A stretch of 21,925 nt of DNA from Octopus sinensis (lineage: Eukaryota): assembly GCF_006345805.1 (NCBI RefSeq), contig NW_021837016.1, positions 1-21,925 of the forward strand. Direction: 5' to 3'. Numbering within the stretch: position 1 is the first letter of the stretch; every line of letters begins with the position of its first letter. Under the pieces are notes generated by a model that ran no database searches, was not told where the DNA came from, and saw only the letters and a program-made list of their open reading frames with translations. A program made the position numbers and the translations under genes. Shown piece after piece: positions 1 through 9,430 of the stretch.

Positions 1-14
1 ATGATAAATAAAAA

Positions 15-59
15 TACACACACACACACACTTATACATAAATATGCATGCACACACAC

Positions 60-125
<66 letters not shown>

Positions 126-155
126 TTATAATCTGCCTATCTATCTATCTACCTC

Positions 156-189
<34 letters not shown>

Positions 190-240
190 GCTATCTATCT
201 ATCTATCTATTATTTATCTGCCTATCTATCTATCTACCTC

Positions 241-307
<67 letters not shown>

Positions 308-435
308 GCCTATCTATCTATCTACCTCTCTATCTATCTATCTATCTATCTACATATATACACACACACACACATATACACACAAACACAACACACACAC
401 ACACACACACACATACACACACATACACACACACG
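15..435. repeat. Compound microsatellite (CA)n-(TCTA)n-(CA)n
   Basis: Directly visible; accounts for ORFs 1..459 and 44..442 (LSIY/THTH repeats). Confidence 0.97.
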
Positions 436-716
436 CACATGATAAACATAAACAATTAGAAGCCTATACACGCGCAACTCTTTTTCTTCCGTTCATGTCA
501 TAAACTAGTCTTCTCCGCCGCCATTTGCTGCTACTCCCCATTCACCCCCTACCACCCCTACCACCCCCACCCCCCCCACCACCACCACCACCACCACCAC
601 CACTCTACTCCGACGCTCTGCCGTGCCGCTCCATCCCGTCCCACGACCACTAAGTAATGTAACAGCTGGTTAAGATAAGATTATCTCCCGGTTCCCTGCG
701 ATTTTTCTCTCAACTA

Positions 717-860
717 TATTTATTTTATTTATTTTTTATTTATTTTATTATTTTATTTTTATTTATTTATTTATTTTATTTATTTTATTTATTTATTTAT
801 TTATTTATTTTATTATTTATCTATTTGCTTGTTTATTAGTTTATTGTGTTTGTTTGTTTG
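717..860. repeat. (TTTA/TTTTA)n-(TTTG)n simple repeat
   Basis: Directly visible low-complexity tract. Confidence 0.93.
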
Positions 861-1039
861 TTTGTTTACTTCTCTTGTATTTCAGTGAATTATGTACGGA
901 CGCGAAGTTGCGTGGAACATTCCAGGATTATAAGATATGGGTTTGTGTGTGGACGCGCGATTCTATGGGTTGTGTGTGTGTGAGTGAATGTGTATGTAAC
1001 TGTGTTTGTATGTTTGTACGCAAAAAGGTAAATTTGAAA

Positions 1040-1057
1040 ATATATATGTCTGTGAGA

Positions 1058-1115
<58 letters not shown>

Positions 1116-1613
1116 ATACATATATATAATATATAATCATATATATATATGTATATATATGTATATATATGTTGTATATATTTAATTATGTGTGTATATA
1201 TATGTATATATGTACATATATATGTATATATATATGTGTGTGTGTATATGTGTATATATATGTATATATATTGTATATATATATATAATATATATGTGTA
1301 TATATATATGTGTATTATATATATATATATATATATACTTATATGTTGTATATATATATGTGTATATATATAATAATATATATGTGTATATATATATATT
1401 TATTATATATGTATATATATATGTATATAATATATGTTGTATATATATGTATATATATATATATGTATATATATGTATATACATATGTTGTATATATATA
1501 TGTATATATATATGTGTGGTATATATATATATGTATATATATATGTGTGTATCTATATATATGTATATATATATTGTGTGTATATATATATGTATATATA
1601 TATGTATATATAT
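1040..1613. repeat. (TA)n/(ATATGT)n degenerate microsatellite, left flank of the 595-bp array
   Basis: Directly visible; accounts for the YIYI/MYIC ORFs. Confidence 0.95.
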
Positions 1614-1801
1614 ATACTAAGCAATAAGGGTTTAGCAACGAGTTGCCTTACCACATACCAAATTTAGAAATAGCAGTCAAGGGTTATAGCTATTTCTTCT
1701 ACTAAAAAAGGAGATCTCAGTAAAAACAGCATTTGGAAGGCAGACACAAACAGGTAAGAGAGAATGAATTGACTGCAATCTATCATACATTTTTTTAGTT
1801 A

Positions 1802-1907
1802 TCCACGGACGTACGTTTCGAAATCAAGTTTTAAGGAAAGCATAAGAATTAATATTAAATATTAAATAATTCTATCTTACCGAAACTTCTTTTCTCTTCA
1901 GCGTAGA
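1802..1907 (-). ncRNA. Type I hammerhead ribozyme, copy 1
   Basis: Minus strand: stem I UCUACG/CGUGGA; core CUGAAGA; stem II GAAA-AG-AAGUUU/AAACUU-GA-UUUC plus a long AU-rich extension; GAA-AC-GUAC-GU-C. Predicted cleavage after GUC, between 1808 and 1807. Confidence 0.87.
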
Positions 1908-2398
1908 ATACTATAATCATAAATGATTATATATTGAATTTTGAGATACCAGAAGGCCCAAACTCAACTCAGTATCAGAGCGAGCTAGAATCCGCAACTG
2001 GTATCACCGAATTCAATTTGTGAATGAAACGATTGTGTCAACAGCCCCTTCCCACCCGCGTGTAGCCAAACAGAGAGCTGCTGGTCATCTACTGAGATAA
2101 AATATGTTTATCCGTAATAATGAAGGTGAAATTAATTAATTTGGAAAAATTATCAATTACACCAAGTAGTCTTCGGCATGTAAAAGCCTCATTCGAGGAA
2201 ATTTTAAGTAATACTAAGCAATAAGGGTTTAGCAACGAGTTGCCTTACCACATACCAAATTTAGAAATAGCAGTCAAAGGGTTATATCTATTTCTTCTAC
2301 TAAAAGGGGAGATCTCAGTAAAAACAAGCATTTGGAAGGCAACACAAACAGGTAAGAGAGAATGAATTGACTGCAATCTATCATCATTTTTTTAGTTA

Positions 2399-2505
2399 TC
2401 CACGGACGTACGTTTCGAAATCAAGTTTTAAGGAAAGCATAAGAATTAAATATTAAATATTAAATAATTCTATCTTACCGAAACTTCTTTTCTCTTCAGC
2501 GTAGA
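2399..2505 (-). ncRNA. Type I hammerhead ribozyme, copy 2
   Basis: Same core and stems as copy 1; predicted cleavage between 2405 and 2404. Confidence 0.87.
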
Positions 2506-2992
2506 ATACTATAATCATAAATGATTATATATTGAATTTTGAGATACCAGAAGGCACCAACTCAACTCAGTATCAGAGCGAGCTAGAATCCGCACTGGTA
2601 TCACCGAATTCAATTTGTGAATGAAACGATTGTGTCAACAGCCCCTTCCCACCCGCGTGTAGCCAAACAAGATGCTGTGGTCATCTACTGAGATAAAATA
2701 TGGTTATCCGTAATAATGAAGGGTGAAATTAATTAATTTGGAAAAATTATCAATTACACCAAGTAGTCTTCGGCATGTAAAAGCCTCATTCGAGGAAAAT
2801 TTAAGTAATACTAAGCAATAGGGTTTAGCAACGAGTTGCCTTACCACATACCAAATTTAGAAATAGCAGTCAAAGGGTTATAGCTATTTCTTCTACTAAA
2901 AAGGGAGATCTCAGTAAACAAGCATTTGGAAGGCAGACACAAACAGGTAAGAGAATGAATTGACTGCAATCTATCATACATTTTTTTAGTTA

Positions 2993-3099
2993 TCCACGGA
3001 CGTACGTTTCGAAATCAAGTTTTAAGGAAAGCATAAGAATTAAATATTAAATATTAAATAATTCTATCTTACCGAAACTTCTTTTCTCTTCAGCGTAGA
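2993..3099 (-). ncRNA. Type I hammerhead ribozyme, copy 3
   Basis: Same core and stems; predicted cleavage between 2999 and 2998. Confidence 0.87.
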
Positions 3100-3586
3100 A
3101 TACTATAATCATAAATGATTATATATTGAATTTGAGATACCAGAAGGCACCAACTCAACTCAGTATCAGAGCGAGCTAGAATCCGCAACTGGTATCACCG
3201 AATTCAATTTGTGAATGAAACGATTGTGTCAACAGCCCCTTCCCACCCGCGTGTAGCCAAACAAGATGCTGTGGTCATCTACTGAGATAAAATATGGTTA
3301 TCCGTAATAATGAAGGGTGAAATTAATTAATTTGGAAAAATTATCAATTACACCAAGTAGTCTTCGGCATGTAAAAGCCTCATTCGAGGAAAATTTAAGT
3401 AATACTAAGCAATAAGGGTTTAGCAACGAGTTGCCTTACCACATACCAATTTAGAAATAGCAGTCAAAGGGTTATAGCTATTTCTTCTACTAAAAAGGGA
3501 GATCTCAGTAAAAACAGCATTTGGAAGGCAGACACACAGGTAAAGAGAATGAATTGACTGCAATCTATCATACATTTTTTTAGTTA

Positions 3587-3693
3587 TCCACGGACGTACG
3601 TTTCGAAATCAAGTTTTAAGGAAAGCATAAGAATTAAATATTAAATATTAAATAATTCTATCTTACCGAAACTTCTTTTCTCTTCAGCGTAGA
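3587..3693 (-). ncRNA. Type I hammerhead ribozyme, copy 4
   Basis: Same core and stems; predicted cleavage between 3593 and 3592. Confidence 0.87.
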
Positions 3694-4181
3694 ATACTAT
3701 AATCATAAATGATTATATATTGATTTTGAGATACCAGAAGGCACCACTCAACTCAGTATCAGAGCGAGCTAGAATCCGCAACTGGTATCACCGATTCAAT
3801 TTGTGAATGAAACGATTGTGTCAACAGCCCCTTCCCACCCGCGTGTAGCCAAAACAAGATGCTGTGGTCATCTACTGAGATAAAATATGGTTATCCGTAA
3901 TAATGAAGGGTGAAATTAATTAATTTGGAAAAATTATCAATTACACCAAGTAGTCTTCGGCATGTAAAAGCCTCATTCGAGGAAAATTTAAGTAATACTA
4001 AGCAATAAGGGTTTAGCAACGAGTTGCCTTACCACATACCAAATTTAGAAATAGCAGTCAAGGGTTATAGCTATTTCTTCTACTAAAAGGGGAGATCTCA
4101 GTAAAAACAGCATTTGGAGGCAGACACAAACAGGTAAGAGAGAATGAATTGACTGCAATCTATCATACATTTTTTTAGTTA

Positions 4182-4287
4182 TCCACGGACGTACGTTTCG
4201 AAATCAAGTTTTAAGGAAAGCATAAGAATTAAATATTAATATTAAATAATTCTATCTTACCGAAACTTCTTTTCTCTTCAGCGTAGA
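4182..4287 (-). ncRNA. Type I hammerhead ribozyme, copy 5
   Basis: Same core and stems; predicted cleavage between 4188 and 4187. Confidence 0.87.
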
Positions 4288-4775
4288 ATACTATAATCAT
4301 AAATGATTATATATTGAATTTTGAGATACCAGAAGGCACCAACTCAACTCAGTATCAGAGCGAGCTAGAATCCGCAACTGGTATCACCGAATTCATTTGT
4401 GAATGAAACGATTGTGTCAACAGCCCCTTCCCACCCGCGTGTAGCCAAAACAAGATGCTGTGGTCATCTACTGAGAAAAATATGGTTATCCGTAATAATG
4501 AAGGGTGAATTAATTAATTTTTGGAAAAATATCAATTACACCAAGTAGTCTTCGGCATGTAAAAGTCTCATTCGAGGAATTTAAGTAATACTAAGCAATA
4601 AGGGTTTAGCAACGAGTTGCCTTACCACATACCAAATTTAGAATAGCAGTCAAAGGTTATAGCTATTTCTTCTACTAAAAAGGGAGATCTCAGTAAAAAC
4701 AGCATTTGGAAGGCAGACACAAACAGGTAAGAGAGAATGAATTGACTGCAATCTATCATACATTTTTTTTAGTTA

Positions 4776-4878
4776 TCCACGGACGTACGTTTCGAAATCA
4801 TTTTAAGGAAGCATAAAATTAAATATTAAATATTAAATAATTCTATCTTACCGAAACTTCTTTTCTCTTCAGCGTAGA
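4776..4878 (-). ncRNA. Type I hammerhead ribozyme, copy 6
   Basis: Core, stem I and stem III intact; small deletions in distal stem II. Predicted cleavage between 4782 and 4781. Confidence 0.82.
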
Positions 4879-4931
4879 ATACTATAATCATAAATGATTA
4901 TATATGAATTTTGAGATACCAGAAGGCACCA

Positions 4932-5450
4932 GTATATATATATATATGTGTCATATATATGATATGTATAATATTATATATGTGAATATATAAGGTATAT
5001 ATATATATATGTATATGCATATATATGTGTTATATATAACATGTATATATAATGTGTAATTATATATATGTGTACATATATATATATATCATTACATAAT
5101 ATATGTGTAATATATATAGATGTAATACATAATATGTGTTACATATATTATAGTTACATAACATATATATTGTAGATTCTTATATGTATATATATGATTG
5201 TATATAATATGTATATATATATATTATATATATGTATATTGGCATATATATGCATTATATATATAACATGCATATATATGTATGTGGTATACATGTACAA
5301 CATACGCATACGTGTAAACAATGCATATATATATATGTGCAATATATGTATATATACATATATAGATATGTATATATTATAGATATATATATATAAGTTA
5401 TATTATACATCAACTCACACATACATATATAAACGCGAACATATATAAAC
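4932..5450. repeat. Degenerate (TA)n-rich microsatellite, right flank of the array
   Basis: Directly visible. Confidence 0.92.
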
Positions 5451-5689
5451 ATGTGTGTGTATCTTTTCAGTTCGCTGTAGTCAGTGCTCTCTACTATCAC
5501 CACACACACCATTGGAGAGGAGGAGAGAGAGAGAGAGAGAGAGAGAGAAGGAATCAGCTTGATAGCCACACATTATATGTATGCGTTTGTGTGTACGTGT
5601 TACATACTTATAAATATTTAAGTATGACTATACAGACTCGTGACTCTGTGAACCTCTGTGCATATGTGTGGGATGTGTGGATGTGTTAT

Positions 5690-5863
5690 ACAATATATAT
5701 ATATTATATATATATATTTATATATATTATATATATTATATATATTTATATATATTATAAATATATTACATATATTTATATCTTATTAATATATATTATA
5801 TATATTTATATATATATCTATATTATATAATATATATATATTATATATATATATATATATATA
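5690..5863. repeat. (TA)n-rich microsatellite
   Basis: Directly visible; a (GA)n tract lies just upstream at about 5519-5549. Confidence 0.92.
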
Positions 5864-6255
5864 CACGTCTGTGTGTTTTAAGTTTGTATCTGTTTCAACT
5901 CTGTAGTCAGCCTGATAGCTATCGTTACAACATAATACCATTTACCATTCCAGCCTTAATCCAATCAAGAACTTCAATATTATACTTGATGTTGGCCATC
6001 GTGGAGCGCCTTCGTGGTGGGTGAGAAAATAAAATAAATAAAAAAAACGTACAGAAATAATAAAAAAGAAACAGAAACAAGAAATTATAACAAACGCGGG
6101 AGATAAAGTTCCTATGTCGTGTTTATAAAATATTTTTAAAGCGAAGGTGGAAAATTGGAAGGTATCGAGTTACGAGATGGTTCGGGCGGTGGTTGCATCG
6201 GCGAACCCCAAACGCTCTTTTGGTTACTCTTTGCTCTCTTTTACTCTTATAACTT

Positions 6256-6687
6256 ACTAGCAGCATAGCCCGGCGTTGCCCGGGTATGTAAGAGCCCCTA
6301 GTAGGCAACGACTAATCCCAATCTGTCCTTTCCCTCTAGGGAACGAAGGCGCATGTGTAGGTTGCAATGTCTTCTCTTCACTCGAATACTTCTGTGTTAC
6401 GATGTTCCTAGCTGTCCCTTTGGGCGCGAAAAAATGTCGAGTTGTGTCCCCTAGACAGAAAATGTGTTGCATATAAAAAGCTTAGATTCTCGACCCCATG
6501 TTCGAATTATCGATTTTTTTCAGAACTGGGGGAAACTTTTCAAAATTTTCGCTGCGTTAGTTTTGAATTATGACATTGGGCTATGTGTGTGTCAAGTTTC
6601 ATCAGAATCGGTTGAAAGCCGTGGTCAGGGTGAGGGTACAACCTGACAGACACACAGACACACAAACTGCCGTTTATATATAGAGAT
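6256..6687 (+). mobile_element. Non-autonomous Helentron-associated (HINE/DINE-1-like) element, copy 1
   Basis: Starts ACTAGCAG after TT, has a subterminal palindrome CCCGG-CGTTG-CCCGGG, a (GACA)-like repeat near the 3' end, and ends TTTATATATAGAGAT before T. An inverted relative lies at 17771-18154. Confidence 0.7.
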
Positions 6688-6689
6688 TA

Positions 6690-7236
6690 CTTAGAAAGGT
6701 TTTAGCCAGTATTGGCCCAGGCCATGTCTAACTTAATAGCACCACTTGACGAAATCTTTCAATTCAGGATTTGGGCGCCAAGGCCCATTCGAGCAGAGAG
6801 TTATTGTTTGTTTAGACCAGTGGTTTTCAACCAGGGTTCCGCCAGTACAGTCCAGGGGTTCCGCAAGAAGTTACAAAAATGCTAAAATCGACAGTAATTT
6901 TTAATTCTCCTGTGCAGATATGTGTGCATAAGACAATTAAATTATTGCACAGGGGTTCCTCGAGCCAGTGAAATGTTTTCTTGGGGTTCCGCTCGAGCAA
7001 AAAGGTTGAAAAGCACTGGTTTAGACGTATCCGGGTGTGGGTGGTTTGTCCGGGACTGTTTGAAGGAATTTGTCCAAAGACTTCTTGAATTTTGTGTGGT
7101 CAGTTTCTGTTTTGACGTGTCCTGGTGTAATGTTGAAGAGAGCGGTTCCAATTGAGGTGAAATAATTGTGCCGTATTGTTGTTATGAGATGTGATTTAAA
7201 TTTTTGTTGTTGACGGATGGCACGGGGTCCAGGTCT
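6690..7236 (-). mobile_element. 3' fragment of a CR1-group LINE (ORF2 C-terminus and 3' UTR), interrupted by a MITE
   Basis: Minus translation SIGTALFNITP...KFKKSLDKFLQTVPDKPPTPGYV resembles RGPQLFNILP...VFKMKLDLFLSGVPDEPTS of the LINE at 14381-15028. After removing the MITE the frame continues (stop)TNNNSLLEW, compared with ASNSLMHQ. Confidence 0.75.
6818..7018. mobile_element. hAT-superfamily (Charlie-like) MITE, 201 bp
   Basis: TIRs CAGTGGTTTTCAACC / GGTTGAAAAGCACTG and a perfect 8-bp TSD GTTTAGAC at 6810-6817 and 7019-7026. Confidence 0.9.
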
Positions 7237-7239
7237 TGC

Positions 7240-7420
7240 ATTTGACTGCGGCCATGCTGGAGCACCGCCTTTAGTCGAACAAATCGATCCCCAGGATTTG
7301 TTCTTTGTACGCCTGCTACTTCTGTCGGCCTTTTCAGCCGAATCGCTAAGATACGGACACGCAAACACACCACCATCGGTTGTCAAGCGATGTTGGGGGA
7401 CAAACACGCACACAAACACA

Positions 7421-7467
<47 letters not shown>

Positions 7468-7715
7468 ACACAATATAATAAACTTATATATAATTATATA
7501 TATATATATAGATATAATATATATATATATAATATATTATATATATATATATACGACCGGGCTTCTTTCAGCATGCGTCTACAAATCCACTCAGAAGGCT
7601 TTGGTAGGCCTGAGCCTATAGCAGAAGACACTTACCCAAAGTGCCACGCAGTGGGACTGAACCCGGAACCATGTGGTTGGTAAGCAAGCTGCTTACCACA
7701 CAGCCACTCCTGCGC
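7240..7715 (-). mobile_element. tRNA-derived SINE (family A) with internal (TA)n/(TG)n and a LINE-like 3' tail
   Basis: A box TGGCTGTGTGG (7696-7706), B-box-like GGTTCAGTCCC (7653-7663). The head (7553-7715) is repeated at 21554-21717. The tail GGCGGTGCTCCAGCATGGCCGCAG matches the LINE 3' end at 15040-15063. Confidence 0.8.
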
Positions 7716-7939
7716 TTGTTTTTTTAAAAATTTTTAAAAATTTTTGCTTTTATCTCTCTTTATTTTCTGAGTTCAAATTCCGTCCAGATTGACGTCTAAA
7801 TTTGGAGATTTAGGAAATTAATTCACTGAATCATTTGTATCGACCAGACTGTTGGATCTTGTGGTACACCGCTGGTCACGATTCACTTCGTTGCGTTCTA
7901 CTGCTTTTTCGAAGGATATCAACCCACCGCTGGCTTGAC

Positions 7940-8150
7940 AGGCAGGCAAGCAGGAAGGTAGTCAGGACAATGTTATCCATAAAAGGAAGGAAGGGAAGGG
8001 CATCGCAGTGTTGCCTCTTTACGGCTGAGCGGACGGGGGCAATGAGAAATGGAGTGTTTTGTTCAAGAGCACAAAACTCCACCAGTCTGAGAATCGAAAC
8101 CGCGATATTCCGATGGTGAGTGCAACACCCTGACCTCTAGGCCACGCACC
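7940..8150 (-). mobile_element. tRNA-derived SINE (family B), diverged
   Basis: A box TGGCCTAGAGG (8134-8144) and B-box-like GGTTTCGATTC (8091-8101); 3' boundary uncertain. Confidence 0.6.
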
Positions 8151-8169
8151 TTCCCTACGAAACAAATTA

Positions 8170-8430
8170 CTATTCAAAATCCGGTTTCAAATTTTGGCGC
8201 AAGGACAGCAATTTAAGGGGGAGCAGTTAGTGGATTACAACGATCCCCAGGGCTCAACTGGAACTGTTTTATCGAATACCTGTTCTCAACTGATACTTAA
8301 TTCATCAACGCCGAAGGGATGAAAGGCAAAGTCGACCCCTGTGGAATTCGAACTCAGAACGCAAAGACGGGCGATATGCCGCTAAGCATTTTCCGCGGCC
8401 TGCTGACGACTCTGTTAGTTCGCCGCCTTA
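8170..8430 (-). mobile_element. SINE (family C)
   Basis: Head TAAGGCGGCGAACT...GAGTTCGAATTCC...GTCGACTTTGCCTTTCATCC is shared with 9165-9380, 12375-12591 and 15706-15912. Confidence 0.8.
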
Positions 8431-8472
8431 AGCTACCAAAATACTGCAAAACTTTTGACTCAACACAACAAA

Positions 8473-8497
8473 GCACACACACACACACACACACACA

Positions 8498-8532
<35 letters not shown>

Positions 8533-8535
8533 CAC
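8473..8535. repeat. (CA)n microsatellite
   Basis: Directly visible. Confidence 0.95.
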
Positions 8536-8705
8536 ATCATATTTATTAATTCATAATAGAATATGAGGATAAAAATCACGTTAATGATTTTTATCAGTTA
8601 GTCAGCATGCTATAAAAATTTATAGGCAATTAATACGTTAAATTTATAATAATATACATATGTATATAATTATTAATTAATTATATATTTATGATTTTAT
8701 CTAAG

Positions 8706-8741
<36 letters not shown>

Positions 8742-8859
8742 ATATATTATATATACATATATATTGTTATATTTCGGAATGGTCATAGTGCCAGTTTAGC
8801 CAATAAAAACACCCGCACTATATATTTGGTGTTATTTATTTTTTACATTAATCTTATTT

Positions 8860-9088
8860 CGGCCAGAGTTCTTTCGTCACACTCCTGTGACCGCATCAGT
8901 GGTTCTTTGTTTTCTTCTTTCTTATTTGTGTCTCTCCTTAGCCATTTTGTATTTCATGTTTGCCAGCTGAGTGGACTGGACCAATGGGAAATAAAGTATC
9001 TTGCTGAAGGGCACAACGCCTCGCTGTGAATCGAACTCATGACCTTGCGATCGTGAGCTGAATGCGTCTAACCACTAAGCTACGCGCT
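8860..9088 (-). mobile_element. tRNA-derived SINE (family B-like)
   Basis: A box TAGCTTAGTGG (9072-9082) and B box GAGTTCGATTC (9028-9038), followed by GTTGTGCCCTTCAGCAAGATACTTTATTTC, similar to the body at 8040-8090. Confidence 0.65.
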
Positions 9089-9164
9089 TTCATGACGAAT
9101 TGATACACGCACAAACAGACGAACCTAAATAATAATAATAATAATATAATAATAATAATAATAA

Positions 9165-9380
9165 TCCTTTCTACTAAACGTTCAAAGCCTGAAATTTTGG
9201 GGTGGCGGGCTAGTCGATTAGATCGACCCCAGTACGTAACTGGTACTTAATTTATCGACCCCGAAATGAGGAAAGGCAAAATCGACCATGGCGGAATTTG
9301 AACTCAGAACGTAGCGATGGGCGAAATACTGCTAAGCATTTTGACCGGTGTGCTAGCGATTCTGCCAGCTCGCCGCCTTA
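9165..9380 (-). mobile_element. SINE (family C) with (ATT)n tail at 9128-9165
   Basis: TAAGGCGGCGAGCTGGCAGAATCG head, GAGTTCAAATTCC box and AGTAGAAAGG end; four copies in the window. Confidence 0.85.
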
Positions 9381-9397
9381 ACAAAAACAACAACAAC

Positions 9398-9430
<33 letters not shown>

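Larger units (their letters stand above)
1614..4931 (-). mobile_element. Tandem array of ~595-bp hammerhead-ribozyme-containing units (about 5.6 copies); retrozyme-like or non-autonomous Penelope-like element
   Basis: ATACTAAGCAAT unit starts at 1614, 2211, 2808, 3402, 3995 and 4588; the last copy stops at 4931. Copies are near-identical, differing mostly by 1-nt indels. No ORF. One hammerhead per unit on the minus strand. TA-rich microsatellite on both sides. The repeat itself is certain; the element class is inferred. Confidence 0.8.

Noticed and set aside
1-1667. Many ORFs of 70-150 aa (LSIY, YIYI, THTH repeats), and similar ORFs at 5154-5830, 8691-9029 and 18827-20468
   Set aside because: They are translations of microsatellites lacking stop codons; there is no protein-like complexity.
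2160-2200. Second hammerhead-like string in each unit (minus: UCGAAUGA-GGC-uuuuacau-GCC-GAAGAC-uacuug-GUG)
   Set aside because: The core deviates at essential positions (no CUGA, GAAG instead of GAAA, G at the cleavage position) and I found no convincing stem I. At best it is a decayed or different motif.
1614-4931. Array as a CRISPR locus, rDNA/5S or tRNA/snRNA cluster, or coding repeat
   Set aside because: Units are fully repeated with no unique spacers. I recognise no rRNA, tRNA or snRNA motifs, and the unit has no ORF.
9028-9088. tRNA gene calls for the A/B-box-bearing segments here and at 7653-7715, 8091-8150 and 21650-21717
   Set aside because: No full cloverleaf is evident, and they continue into repeated SINE bodies, so they are SINE heads.
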